Shown here: one piece after another, positions 19,814 to 30,166 of the stretch | Numbering within the stretch: the stretch's first letter is position 1 | Layout of the letters: the number at the start of each line of letters is the position of its first letter | Virus record (IMG/VR): IMGVR_UViG_3300008255_000195 | Span: 1-44,470 of that record | Strand: one strand, 5' to 3' | DNA: 44,470 nt | DNA from: a virus | Taxonomy: Duplodnaviria > Caudoviricetes | Notes under the pieces: generated by a model | The model's database searches: none | Told to the model about the DNA's origin: nothing | What the model saw: the letters and a program-made list of their open reading frames with translations, nothing else | Position numbers and translations under genes: made by a program

Positions 19814-19842
19814 ATTATATCACACTTTTTACGATTTGTCAA
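19814..19842 (-). promoter_or_regulatory. Consensus sigma70 promoter for the mini-NrdD/glutaredoxin genes and downstream tail genes
   Basis: TTGACA-17 nt-TATAAT with TGTG extension. Confidence 0.85.
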
Positions 19843-20059
19843 CTACTTGTCCTAGAAAAAATCTCTTAATAAAGAAAGCTATTAAAGAAAATAATGAAAT
19901 AAATAATATTTTTCTTATAGCTACAAAATCAAATTTTCATTCTATAAACATGTCCCCAATTTGATTATAGTAAGAAAGTAATACTACTCCATTTACTATT
20001 ATTCAATTTCTAAAAGTAGAAATAACATCGGTTTTATTTATACTATATTTTGTTTCCAT
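19829..20059 (-). CDS. Holin-like membrane protein, 76 aa (TGA at 20003 and 19937)
   Basis: METKYSINKTD..., two hydrophobic segments, basic C-terminus; directly after the peptidase gene. Confidence 0.6.
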
Positions 20060-20068
20060 ATTTTTAAA

Positions 20069-21052
20069 TTATTTTATTAATGAAATAAAATCTTCATCAC
20101 TTAAACCAGTTAGTAATCCTAATGGTTCATAAGTTTTAATTAACATTTCTCTATCTTCTTTTGTCCTAAAAAATTTATCTACTGAAATTAATTTATCATT
20201 TCTTAAATCGTATATAGCACCACTACTTTGTGCTAACATTACATATTGATTATTTAATCTTTTAGCTAAACCTATCTTAGAATTTGCTATAAAATCTTTA
20301 CCAGTTAATATAATATTATCTTTCTCTGAAAAGAAGAAATATATAGTAGGAAATAACACATTATTATCTATTAACTCTTGTATATGTTCTAATCTATAAA
20401 CATTATTAGCAGTTCCCTTCCAACTATTAGCTACAAGTAAATCTGAATTCATATCAAAATCCCCTTGAATACTAGCTGATAAACAAACAGCGTGAGCATA
20501 ACTAGGATTTGATAGTTTCTTTAAATTAAGCACACCATCTGATTTAAAGTCTTCATTATATTCTTTTGAACCATTATGACCAGAAATACAATCATGATTA
20601 GCTCTTAATAATTCCTCAAACATATTTATTATCTTATTCTTATAATCAGATTGATTTCAAGAATAAGGTAATGTTAATTGGGCTGTTGATAGTTTTCCAT
20701 ATTCTTCTACTAAGTTTGGTTGTGAATTAAACCATCTTCTAACATAGTCAACAGCGCTTGATATATACCAACCTACTTTTGGATTAGCACCATAATTAGG
20801 AACCACATCGTTATTCCATTTATTTAGAATCCATTCGTCATCTATAAAATCCAAATTAAACTTATTAGCAATCAAAGTAAAGGCAGAAAATATTGTACAA
20901 GCATAAGAATAACCTTGGTTGAAAGTAATTTTATTTTTAGCAAAATTACCAAATTCATTTTTAGGTATTTTTTGTGTTTGTAATAAACTTATTGAGTAGT
21001 CGGTTGGTTTTAAACCTACACCAATAAGGCCACTATTTTTATTTAAAAACAT
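20069..21052 (-). CDS. Papain-like (C1-type) cysteine peptidase, putative endolysin, 327 aa (TGA at 20657-20659)
   Basis: FNQGYSYAC (Gln, Cys), YAHAVCL (His), ANSW (Asn); two ORFs joined by one TGA. Confidence 0.7.
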
Positions 21053-21053
21053 A

Positions 21054-21329
21054 TTATTTACTTTTTAATTCTTTTATATCAGTTTTTATTTCTTTCATTG
21101 CCTCCTTTAACCACTTCATATCAATAATCAATACTTCTAATTTATCCATCTTGTTTTCAGTCTTACAGATTCTCTGGTTAATTAAATTGTGATTTGTATT
21201 TATTAGCTCCATATCCTCTTTGTGCTTTGTCTTAATGTTTTTTATGTCAGTTATATACTTGCCAACTCCGACACTTATAGTTACTAACATAATGATTACT
21301 TCTAATATATCTTTGTTTGTAAAACCCAT
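21054..21329 (-). CDS. Single-TM plus coiled-coil protein (holin/XhlA-like)
   Basis: N-terminal hydrophobic helix followed by a coiled coil ending IKTDIKELK. Confidence 0.55.
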   Translation of the reverse strand: MGFTNKDILEVIIMLVTISVGVGKYITDIKNIKTKHKEDMELINTNHNLINQRICKTENKMDKLEVLIIDMKWLKEAMKEIKTDIKELKSK

Positions 21330-21381
21330 TTTTTTTTGTGTTTAATTATTAGTTAAATGGGGTTTTTCCTCCCCCTTAAAA

Positions 21382-21753
21382 TTAGCAATCTTCTGAATCA
21401 GGGAATAAAGTAGATTTTATTTCTACATATCCTTGAGCCAAAATATTATCTTCATCTTGTAAATTAGGTGTAATATCAAAAGTTGTTTCTTCTATTTTTT
21501 TAAGAACATCTACTTGTTCTGTTGTTTCTACATTAGTTGTTATTGTTTGTGTTTCTTTTGTTCCATCTTCTAATTCAACTTCAATTTCTTCTTCTGTTGG
21601 TGTTATAACTTTTACATCTTCTTGAACTATGTTGTATGTAGATATATGAAGTCTTACAGAATATTTAGAACCCTCAAAAGAATCTATCCTAATATAAGCA
21701 TTAGGTATAGTTAATCCATTTTCACTTACTAAGTTTGTTTTTTTTAAAGCCAT
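21382..21753 (-). CDS. Tail-fibre-associated hypothetical protein
   Basis: MAL.K....NG.TI.NAYIRI...N..AQ.Y..IK...F.D.EDC pattern typical of genes beside fibre genes. Confidence 0.55.
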   Translation of the reverse strand: MALKKTNLVSENGLTIPNAYIRIDSFEGSKYSVRLHISTYNIVQEDVKVITPTEEEIEVELEDGTKETQTITTNVETTEQVDVLKKIEETTFDITPNLQDEDNILAQGYVEIKSTLFPDSEDC

Positions 21754-21771
21754 ATTTATTTTATTTATTTA

Positions 21772-24700
21772 TTAATTTCTCCCCTTCGAATAAAGCGTAG
21801 CTATTTCTTCTTCACTCAAAGCTCTGTTCCAGATTTTAGCGTTTGATATATGACCTATTGCATTCTGAGCTGATGTACTATTTTTATATGCACCAATAAC
21901 TACTTCTTCTGTTACTGTTTCTTCTAATGTTGTTCCACTAACTGCTCCTTGAGTATCATAAACACCATTTATATATATTTTACAATTAGTATTATCCCAA
22001 ACGGTTATAATATGATACCAACTACTTATTGGTAAAACAGTTGAACTATTTATATCAACTCTATCTCCTGTTTCAGTTTTAATATTTATAGATATAGTAT
22101 TAGCTGCTTTATAATCAATATCAAAAGCCATATCTGTATTTGATGTCCACGTCCCCATTATTGTTTTCGTTCCTACACTAGAAACAGTAGGATAAAACCA
22201 CAATGATGCGGTTAGTTGAGAAAACCCAGCAACGTTAAGCCCTGTAACTATAACATCATCTCCATCAAACGTTGTCTCTGTTGCTCCTGTTGTTGCTCCA
22301 CTTATCGTTCCATTATTACCTTCACCACTTTTATCTATTGCTGTTGTTCCACTTGTGTATACTGTTGTTAATGGTAAGTCTAATACTTTACCTTCGTTAA
22401 GTGTTTCTTCTGTGATTGATGGTTTTAGAGTTGAATCATATAAAAGCTTCACTTCTTCGGCACTTAATTGTCTATTCCAGACCTTTACTCCAGACATTAA
22501 TCCATCGTAATATTTTCCACTAAAAGTATTTCCACCTATTCTTGTATTTGCTGTAGTAACTAAATATCCTTGTGTAACATCTGCTGTTTGAATTTGAATA
22601 CCATCAACATATTTTCGTAACTTATCACCATTCTTAAATGTCCCAACTATTAAATGCCAATTACCATCTATTATTTTATCTCCTAAATAAGTGTCATAAT
22701 AACTGCTATTATCTGCTTTTCTACAAGCTATTGCAGGTACATCATCTCTTAATCGAATGCTGAATCCAGCATAACTAACTCCTGGGAACTCATTATTAAA
22801 TCCAAATATTAGATTTTCACCTGGAAATACTTCATCTTCTGATGTATTTATCCAAGCAGCAACAGAAAATTCATTACTATTTTGATTTAAAAGTGGACCA
22901 CCGCCAATATAATCATCCACCCCATCAAAACTTGTATATTGACTTCCAACAGTTGCTCCATTTACTGTTCCATTATTTCCATAAGGAGTTCTATCGCTTA
23001 CTACTGTTGCTGATTTCATATGTTTAGTAGTCAAAGGCATATCTAATACTAATCCTTTTTGTAAAGAACCTATACTTGTACCCTTAGGTTTATATGAATC
23101 ATAAAGTAATTTAATTTCATTATCCGATAAAGCACGGTCATAAATACGAACGTCAGAAATAATATTATTAGAATAAACGCTTGTTGAACCAGGATAATAT
23201 CCTAAAGATAAATTCTCCGTAGTAGTCGGAACACCAGATGTTCCAACCCATAATTTTGTAGCAATTAAATCACCGTTTAAGTAAATTTTAGCATTATTAT
23301 TGTCTACTTTTATAAATACATGATTCCAAGAATTTAAAATAGGTTGACCATGATAAGCATTATAATCTGAAATATAATCAGAAGCTGTTTTAAAAAAATA
23401 TAATCTAATTCCACCATCTGTAGCTAAACCAATAGAATAACCATTAACAGAACTAGCATAATATTTATTTATTAAATCACCTCTACGAATACCATCTTGA
23501 TAAAACCATAATGATAAACTAATAGGTAAAGAATTAAAAATATTATCATCTCCTAAATCCACATAATCATCCACACCATCAAAACTATATGCTCCATTAC
23601 TTTCTCCATTTCTCCCTGTCGTTAAAGTAGCACCATTAATTACTCCATGATTTTGATATGGAGTAGAGTCTTTTGCAAGATCTTCACGAGTGCCATCAAC
23701 AAAAGGAGTAGCATGGTCTTTTAATTCCACTTGAGGTAATTCAAAATGTAGATATTCACCTCCTAAAAGATTAGCAGTAGCTATATAAAGATATTGAGAA
23801 GATGTAGAACTTTTAGTAGTTGTAATTTCATATTTAGTTAAAGTATCAGTTAGATTTATAGTTAAGAGAGGACCCCAATGAGAACGAATCTCTATTGTTC
23901 CAACTCCTTTTGCATAGAAAGAAACAGTATGTTCGGTATTAATAGGTACATTATCTCTCCATCCAGTATTCCAAAAATCATTAGCACCAATTGTAGAAGT
24001 CCCTGTTATTTTTAAAGCTTTTCCATTAGTTAAATCAGAGTTGACTAATTCATGATTATCTCCAACCCAACTTGAAAAAACCCAACTTCCGAATGCTCCA
24101 CTTGAAGTATTATTAGGTATATTAGAACTATTAAATAAAGGGTCTATTGTCACATTCTCCGTTCCTTCTGTTCCCTCACTTCCCCCATCCATTTTCCAAT
24201 GTCCTACTAATCCTTTATTTAAATCAGTTGTTGCTATCTCTGGTTTGAAAGAGTCGTAAAGTAATTTAATTTCATCTTCTTCTAAGGCTCTGTTGTAGAT
24301 ACGAACATCTTGGATTGAACCATCGAAATAATCCGCTGCACCATTAAGTGAGCCAATAAAAAAATTAGCAGCACTATTATAAATATCTCCACTTATTGAA
24401 ATTATATTTGGACAAATAACTCCATTAATATACATTTTTAATTCACTACCATTATATGTTGATACTACATATATCCATTCATTAGTAGTTAATGCAACTC
24501 CAGAGCTATATGTAGACCAAACATTACCACTAGTTCTTATTGTTGATGTAAATGTTGACCTAACATCAATCTTGTAAGCCCCTTCAATTCCTATAATAAA
24601 TCTAGTTCCAGAAATATAATCAGGTTTTATCCAAGCAGATAAAGTTGCTTCTTGTCCACCATTTAACATATCATTTGAGTAAATTCTATCATTTACTCCA

Positions 24701-24864
24701 TCAAAACTATAACTTCCATTTGCTTCACCTTTTCTACCAGTAGAAAGTGTAGCACCGTTATTAGTTCCGTGATTAGCATAAGGAGTAATATCCTTAGTTT
24801 CACTAACACCATCAAGCGGATAGTGTGCTATAAGTCCTTTTTGTAATGTGTTTATATTAGCCAT
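21772..24864 (-). CDS. Multi-LamG (concanavalin-A-like) receptor-binding/virion protein, 1030 aa
   Basis: Four modules GL..H.P/L...D.TPY.N.G...GAT...SFDGVDD...W.H....I..V.IYNRALS..EI..LY. Confidence 0.85.
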   Translation of the reverse strand: MANINTLQKGLIAHYPLDGVSETKDITPYANHGTNNGATLSTGRKGEANGSYSFDGVNDRIYSNDMLNGGQEATLSAWIKPDYISGTRFIIGIEGAYKIDVRSTFTSTIRTSGNVWSTYSSGVALTTNEWIYVVSTYNGSELKMYINGVICPNIISISGDIYNSAANFFIGSLNGAADYFDGSIQDVRIYNRALEEDEIKLLYDSFKPEIATTDLNKGLVGHWKMDGGSEGTEGTENVTIDPLFNSSNIPNNTSSGAFGSWVFSSWVGDNHELVNSDLTNGKALKITGTSTIGANDFWNTGWRDNVPINTEHTVSFYAKGVGTIEIRSHWGPLLTINLTDTLTKYEITTTKSSTSSQYLYIATANLLGGEYLHFELPQVELKDHATPFVDGTREDLAKDSTPYQNHGVINGATLTTGRNGESNGAYSFDGVDDYVDLGDDNIFNSLPISLSLWFYQDGIRRGDLINKYYASSVNGYSIGLATDGGIRLYFFKTASDYISDYNAYHGQPILNSWNHVFIKVDNNNAKIYLNGDLIATKLWVGTSGVPTTTENLSLGYYPGSTSVYSNNIISDVRIYDRALSDNEIKLLYDSYKPKGTSIGSLQKGLVLDMPLTTKHMKSATVVSDRTPYGNNGTVNGATVGSQYTSFDGVDDYIGGGPLLNQNSNEFSVAAWINTSEDEVFPGENLIFGFNNEFPGVSYAGFSIRLRDDVPAIACRKADNSSYYDTYLGDKIIDGNWHLIVGTFKNGDKLRKYVDGIQIQTADVTQGYLVTTANTRIGGNTFSGKYYDGLMSGVKVWNRQLSAEEVKLLYDSTLKPSITEETLNEGKVLDLPLTTVYTSGTTAIDKSGEGNNGTISGATTGATETTFDGDDVIVTGLNVAGFSQLTASLWFYPTVSSVGTKTIMGTWTSNTDMAFDIDYKAANTISINIKTETGDRVDINSSTVLPISSWYHIITVWDNTNCKIYINGVYDTQGAVSGTTLEETVTEEVVIGAYKNSTSAQNAIGHISNAKIWNRALSEEEIATLYSKGRN

Positions 24865-24865
24865 A

Positions 24866-25468
24866 TTATTCGTAAATTGTTAATACATTAGCTGCTGCTC
24901 CAGATATAACTAAAGTTAATCCATTGCTAAATGGTAATGCTCCGAAGTCTATATTATAAGGTTGTGTTTGTGCACCCATTACTCCACTACTCCAAATAAC
25001 AGTTCCTGACGCCGCAGTATTATCATATAATATTATTGTAGAGTTATTTGTAACACCGCCTACAACTAACCCTCTCAATATACCAGCACTATATTTTAAA
25101 ACTACTCCTGCTGTTGTTCCTGATTGATAATAGCTTATGGGGTTTGTTATTAAATCTCCCAATCTTTGAATACTAGCAAATGTAACCTCAAAAGAATTAT
25201 CAGTAGTATTACCATTACTGTTTACATTTTCCATTTTAACAGGGAATTCTAACTTACTTGTATTACTTGTATTAGTAGCTGTTACTGTATGAAGCAAAAT
25301 ATCGTTTACAAAGAACTTAATTGATAATTCTGTGAAGTCTATTACAAGCCTTTTAAAAGATGTATCCATTGTAACAGAAGCTCCTAGATTTCCATTAAAA
25401 CTTCCTGAATTTACAATAGTATCTGAGCTATCTTTTCTAACTCCTATTCCAAAAGTTGTTCCATTCAT
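24866..25468 (-). CDS. Virion beta-sandwich protein, C-terminal part (same frame as 25469..26398)
   Basis: ATG immediately follows the in-frame TAA of the upstream ORF. Confidence 0.6.
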   Translation of the reverse strand: MNGTTFGIGVRKDSSDTIVNSGSFNGNLGASVTMDTSFKRLVIDFTELSIKFFVNDILLHTVTATNTSNTSKLEFPVKMENVNSNGNTTDNSFEVTFASIQRLGDLITNPISYYQSGTTAGVVLKYSAGILRGLVVGGVTNNSTIILYDNTAASGTVIWSSGVMGAQTQPYNIDFGALPFSNGLTLVISGAAANVLTIYE

Positions 25469-26398
25469 TTAAAAAAAAGCACCATCTGTTCCATTATAAG
25501 CACCTAATCTTCTTAAATTATCTACTTGTGGGTCTGTTACTAATCTTGCTACTGACCTAAATTGATTTACTGTTCCTGATACTTTTCTTGCTTTTCTTAC
25601 AGTTTGATAAGTTGCTGAGCTGTTTGCTGTTTCACCTGTTGCTAAAAGCACCTCTCCTGACTGTGTTACAGAACCAGAACCTACAACTGTTTCAGTCCAG
25701 AAGTTAGTATCTTTAGTATCACCACTAAAAGAATTACCAATTAAATTAACTGACTTAACTGTCTTTAATTGTCCTAAGGCATCAACTTCTGTTCTCTTAC
25801 CTGTTTCATTATCAAATATTGTAGTATGTAAAGCACCACCTCTTGAAGCTCCTATATTAACAAAAACATCTTCGTCTGTTTTACCTGTTAGATTAGCTTT
25901 AACTAATTCAGCATCATCTTGACCAACTATAACATCATTTATTCTATGTGAGCTTGACTTTACATAACATCTTCTTAACAAAGAAGTTAAGTGAAAACTA
26001 GTCTGTGCTACACCGCCATTAGTATAAACTATCCTGTAATATCTTTCAGCAGGACCGAAAGTAAAAGTTTTTGGTGTATCAGCTAAAATAGTAAATACAT
26101 CATTATTCCCATTAGAAGTTATACCATCATCACTCCATTGAACTTGTAAGCCGTCTGTTGCACTGTCTTGGTCTGAATAAACACTTATACTTAAAACCCC
26201 ATAATCTAAAGTATCCTGCCAACTTGAACCAGTAAAAACACCATCTATTCCAAGCGGGGTTGTTGTAGTATTTCCAGAACACTCGTGCCCCTCAAGATTT
26301 ACTAATAATTCATTACTCGCTGTATTGCTGTTTTCTTTAACATCAACAGTATTTCCTCCCACCTCATCTGTCACGAATACTTTTTTAAATTGGCTCAT
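25469..26398 (-). CDS. Virion beta-sandwich protein, N-terminal part
   Basis: N.TTTPL....FTG..W.D, QWS.DG, Y.RIVYTNG..AQTSF.L. Confidence 0.65.
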   Translation of the reverse strand: MSQFKKVFVTDEVGGNTVDVKENSNTASNELLVNLEGHECSGNTTTTPLGIDGVFTGSSWQDTLDYGVLSISVYSDQDSATDGLQVQWSDDGITSNGNNDVFTILADTPKTFTFGPAERYYRIVYTNGGVAQTSFHLTSLLRRCYVKSSSHRINDVIVGQDDAELVKANLTGKTDEDVFVNIGASRGGALHTTIFDNETGKRTEVDALGQLKTVKSVNLIGNSFSGDTKDTNFWTETVVGSGSVTQSGEVLLATGETANSSATYQTVRKARKVSGTVNQFRSVARLVTDPQVDNLRRLGAYNGTDGAFF

Positions 26399-26402
26399 AT
26401 AT

Positions 26403-28949
26403 TTATAAAATTATCCAGTTAGCACCGTTACTTTGAATTTGTAAATTTTCCCATTGAGCAACAGTTTGTGTTGTTTGACCATCTATTGTTTCACTTCCAT
26501 CTCCATCAACTGTAATAGTTCCTGCACCTGTGTTCTTTATGTTATAGATTCTACCAGTAATTCCTACTGCTGTTGGTAATGTAACTGTAAATGTATTTGC
26601 TGTGCAGTCTATTGTGTAATCTGTATCTGTTACTGTGTAAGTTGCTGTCTTTGCTACATAAGGTAAAGTTAATGAACCTGAAGCTTTAAGATTTCCTGTA
26701 ATGTCAAACTTAGGATTCTGTATTCCACCACTTCCATCTGCTTCAGCATAAATTTTAGCTACTACTGTTGAATCAACTGAGAATGAATAAGACATTTCGT
26801 CTCCTGCTGTTGGAGTAGAACTTACAGGCATATTAACAAGAGTAACTGCACCACTATCTTCAGCTAAATTTAATGTTCCTATATTTAAAGTTCCACCTAC
26901 ATCTATTTCGTTAGAAGCATTAACCTTAAACATATTTACTGTTCCTGTTCCTGCATAATCTAAAGCAGAAATCCATTCATTATTAGCAATATTTAAATCT
27001 CCGTCAATTTGAAGTTTATAATCAGGAGCTGTTGTTCCTATTCCAACATTACCAGATGAATCTATTGTTAATCTTTCAGCATTTGCAGTTGCATCTCTAA
27101 TTTGAAATTTGTCACCATCAGAACCTATATTTCTTATTACCCATTCTCTTGCATCATTTTGAATAATTAAACCAGATATAGAATTAGCTCCAACAGTTGT
27201 TGTTCTAATATATTCATTTCCAGTTGCAGTAGATATATGTAATTTATTTGCTGGACTTGATGTTCCTATTCCCACATTACCACCATCTTTAATTAACAAT
27301 GCAGATGCCAATGTATTTGTATCAAAATATAAATCACTACCAACTCTTCGTATTCTTGGATATGTATTTGTTCCACTAAATAATATTCTCTCATTTAATC
27401 TAATATCTCCTGTTGTATGTAATGAATAACTTGGAGTTGTTGTTCCTATTCCTACATTACCCCTCAATGCTGTTGTTGTTATACTTGAATTTCCTATTAC
27501 TGCTGTATTACTTCCTAAACCTATAGCATTATATCCAATTACTATCTCATTACTATCACCATCTGCTAAGGCTTTTGTATCAGCTCCCAAATAAACTGAA
27601 GTATTAGAAGTTTCATTTGCTGTAGTTCCATCTGTTATATAACGACCTGAATTTAAACCTAAAGCTGAGTTATAAGCACCTGATGTGTTGGAAAGAAGTG
27701 AATTTAAACCTACAGCTGAGTTATTAGAACCTGTTGTGTTGTAACGAAGTGAAAACATACCTACAGCTGAGTTATTAGAACCTGTTGTGTTATTATTTAA
27801 ACTTAATTTACCAATTCCAGTGTTATAAGAAGCGTGAGTTGTTGAAGTAGCAGTAGAACCCATAGTTAGGTTACCTGCATTTTCACCAATAAATAAGTTA
27901 TTACCATCAGGTCTTGCTGTATTACCAGTAGCGTGTCTGAAATTATGGATAAAAGTATTAGTACCTTTATATATAATACCATTTAAACTATCAGTATCTG
28001 TTTGTTGGTCAGCTAATCTAAAGTTTTTAGTAATTTCAAGTTGTTCATTAGGACTTGTTGTTCCTATTCCTACATTTCCAGTAGAAGAATCTATTAACAT
28101 TCTTACTGTTTGTAGTCCCATATTATTTGATGAAGATGTAAAAACCATATCATCATATGAGGCTAATGTTAAAGAATTACCACCAGTTATTAAACCAGTA
28201 GTATTTGACCTAAATATACCTACATTTTTATTATCAGTTAAATCATCCCCTAAAGCTATAATACCTACATTTTGTGATGCACTTCCACCAACCTTTAAAA
28301 CTCCATATGTTTGTAAAATATGTTTTGGACTTGTTGTTCCTATTCCTAATCTACTATTTACACTATCCCAGAATAAACTAGCACTTGTATCTAATCTTTT
28401 TAAAGTATCATTAAAATAAGCAACACCACCACTTTGTGGAGTATCTTCACGAGTTGCTAATATTTGTAGAGAACCACTTTCACCTACTTTAAAGTATCCA
28501 TCAACGTCTGTACCGAATAATAAATCAGAGGCACCATCGTATTTTTCTACTTGAATACCTGATATTTCACCAGCAGGTATAGCTGTTACAGCTCCATCTC
28601 TTGTGATTATTAAATCTTTTGTTGTGTAAAGTTGTTCTGCGTGTGTTTCATAAGTAGAACCTGATTGAGTTATATCTCCGTCTATATGTAAAGAACCACT
28701 ATTATCTGTATAAACAAAAGCATTAGTTCCGTCTGGTTGATAAAGTTTTGAAACTGTAAAAGTATCTATTGGTAATTCACTAATATCAACACTAGTATCT
28801 ATAGTTCCAGCTTCACCTTGTGTTCCTATTAAACCATCTTCAAAGTTTAATGTCCTAACATTATCATCAATAGTAATACCATCATTTTGAACTGTTAGTG
28901 GATTAAACTCTTGGTTATTTGTATATCCATTATATATATTTTGAGCCAT
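26403..28949 (-). CDS. Tail fibre protein, 848 aa
   Basis: Multiple GNVGIGTTSP repeats, NTTGS.NSAVG repeats, C-terminal TVTLPTAVG..GRIY.IKN domain. Confidence 0.85.
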   Translation of the reverse strand: MAQNIYNGYTNNQEFNPLTVQNDGITIDDNVRTLNFEDGLIGTQGEAGTIDTSVDISELPIDTFTVSKLYQPDGTNAFVYTDNSGSLHIDGDITQSGSTYETHAEQLYTTKDLIITRDGAVTAIPAGEISGIQVEKYDGASDLLFGTDVDGYFKVGESGSLQILATREDTPQSGGVAYFNDTLKRLDTSASLFWDSVNSRLGIGTTSPKHILQTYGVLKVGGSASQNVGIIALGDDLTDNKNVGIFRSNTTGLITGGNSLTLASYDDMVFTSSSNNMGLQTVRMLIDSSTGNVGIGTTSPNEQLEITKNFRLADQQTDTDSLNGIIYKGTNTFIHNFRHATGNTARPDGNNLFIGENAGNLTMGSTATSTTHASYNTGIGKLSLNNNTTGSNNSAVGMFSLRYNTTGSNNSAVGLNSLLSNTSGAYNSALGLNSGRYITDGTTANETSNTSVYLGADTKALADGDSNEIVIGYNAIGLGSNTAVIGNSSITTTALRGNVGIGTTTPSYSLHTTGDIRLNERILFSGTNTYPRIRRVGSDLYFDTNTLASALLIKDGGNVGIGTSSPANKLHISTATGNEYIRTTTVGANSISGLIIQNDAREWVIRNIGSDGDKFQIRDATANAERLTIDSSGNVGIGTTAPDYKLQIDGDLNIANNEWISALDYAGTGTVNMFKVNASNEIDVGGTLNIGTLNLAEDSGAVTLVNMPVSSTPTAGDEMSYSFSVDSTVVAKIYAEADGSGGIQNPKFDITGNLKASGSLTLPYVAKTATYTVTDTDYTIDCTANTFTVTLPTAVGITGRIYNIKNTGAGTITVDGDGSETIDGQTTQTVAQWENLQIQSNGANWIIL

Positions 28950-28967
28950 ATATGTTTTATTTTTTGT

Positions 28968-29729
28968 TTAATCTAATTGGAATCTTTTATATTGAGAGAA
29001 ATTTCTTTGATATCTTATCTCTAATTCTCTTATAAGTTGCTTTAAAATATCCTTTTTCTTATCAATAAATTTGAATCCTTCTTCTAATTTGTACTCTTTA
29101 TTAAGTATTTCTTGTTCTCTATTTTCTAATTGGTTATACAATTCAGTTAATTCTTTCTTTGTTAATTCTTTACTTCTAATTTCTTCTCTTAATAAATTAT
29201 ATTTATCACTATTATTTTTTATCTTTAAATTTAATTCTTCTTCTTTATTTTTTAATTTACTTATTTCTTTCTGTATACTAATCTTCTTACTTTTTAATTC
29301 TTGTATATTATCTAATAATTTTTTATCTTCTAATAATTCTTCTTTAATTTTGCATTCTTTTTCTTCTAATTGTTGTATTGTATTATTTTTATCTTCTATT
29401 AAATTAGTAAAAAGATTATTAGTAGTATTTATTTTTTGTATACCATTATCTAAATCTTTATTTAAAGTATCTTTTAATTCTAATAAGTTTTTTATTTCCA
29501 ATAATACTGGTTGGAATTCTTGAATCTTATTTTTATATTTTTGTAGTTCATCTGTTTTAATATCTCTATATCTCCTATTTAACTCATTATACTCATCTAT
29601 AGAAATAACCATTAAATCTAAAGGTAAATCATAATATCTCTTTTTTGAATTACAAGAAGCAGGGCGGTCTTTAATCACCCTGCTTACATCGTTATTCTGC
29701 TTATGTTGTATGATATGTTTTTTAACCAT
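28968..29729 (-). CDS. Coiled-coil protein
   Basis: Long K/E/L/N-rich heptad pattern. Confidence 0.65.
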   Translation of the reverse strand: MVKKHIIQHKQNNDVSRVIKDRPASCNSKKRYYDLPLDLMVISIDEYNELNRRYRDIKTDELQKYKNKIQEFQPVLLEIKNLLELKDTLNKDLDNGIQKINTTNNLFTNLIEDKNNTIQQLEEKECKIKEELLEDKKLLDNIQELKSKKISIQKEISKLKNKEEELNLKIKNNSDKYNLLREEIRSKELTKKELTELYNQLENREQEILNKEYKLEEGFKFIDKKKDILKQLIRELEIRYQRNFSQYKRFQLD

Positions 29730-29743
29730 TACAACTATATATT

Positions 29744-30160
29744 TTAATTTCTATTTAATAAAGCTATTTTTATTGCTAATGAACTACTTGTTACTGTTCC
29801 TGTTCCTTTAGACGATATTCTAATATATTTATTATCACAAGTTCCTTTTATCATATAAGCACCTGTTGTTGATAATACATTCTCATTTACTGTTACTGTG
29901 TTAGTTCCACCTGAAATTAAATTATTACTTTCTTGATACCAATTAGTTCCATCTTCAGAAAATTCTATTTTAATTTCTGCAGTAGTTAATGAACCTTTTG
30001 TAAAATCTACATATAAGTTATATCCATTAAACTTAGAACAGTTATATAAAACAGCACTATCGTTTGGGTTTAATATATTAGCTGTAACATAAGATGTAGT
30101 TAAAATAGCAGAATCTCTTACATTTAAAACTAATCTATCTTGTAAACTTAAATTCATCAT
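29744..30160 (-). CDS. Virion beta-sandwich protein
   Basis: LYVDFTKGSLT..EIKIEFS.DG..WYQE...YIRIS.KGTG. Confidence 0.6.
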   Translation of the reverse strand: MMNLSLQDRLVLNVRDSAILTTSYVTANILNPNDSAVLYNCSKFNGYNLYVDFTKGSLTTAEIKIEFSEDGTNWYQESNNLISGGTNTVTVNENVLSTTGAYMIKGTCDNKYIRISSKGTGTVTSSSLAIKIALLNRN

Positions 30161-30166
30161 AAAAAA

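Noticed and set aside
19731-19964. Plus-strand 77-aa ORF
   Set aside because: Antisense to the recoded holin-like and mini-NrdD genes and their promoter
21772-28949. Diversity-generating retroelement acting on fibre genes
   Set aside because: No reverse transcriptase and no adenine-specific TR/VR pair seen; the internal repeats are domain duplications
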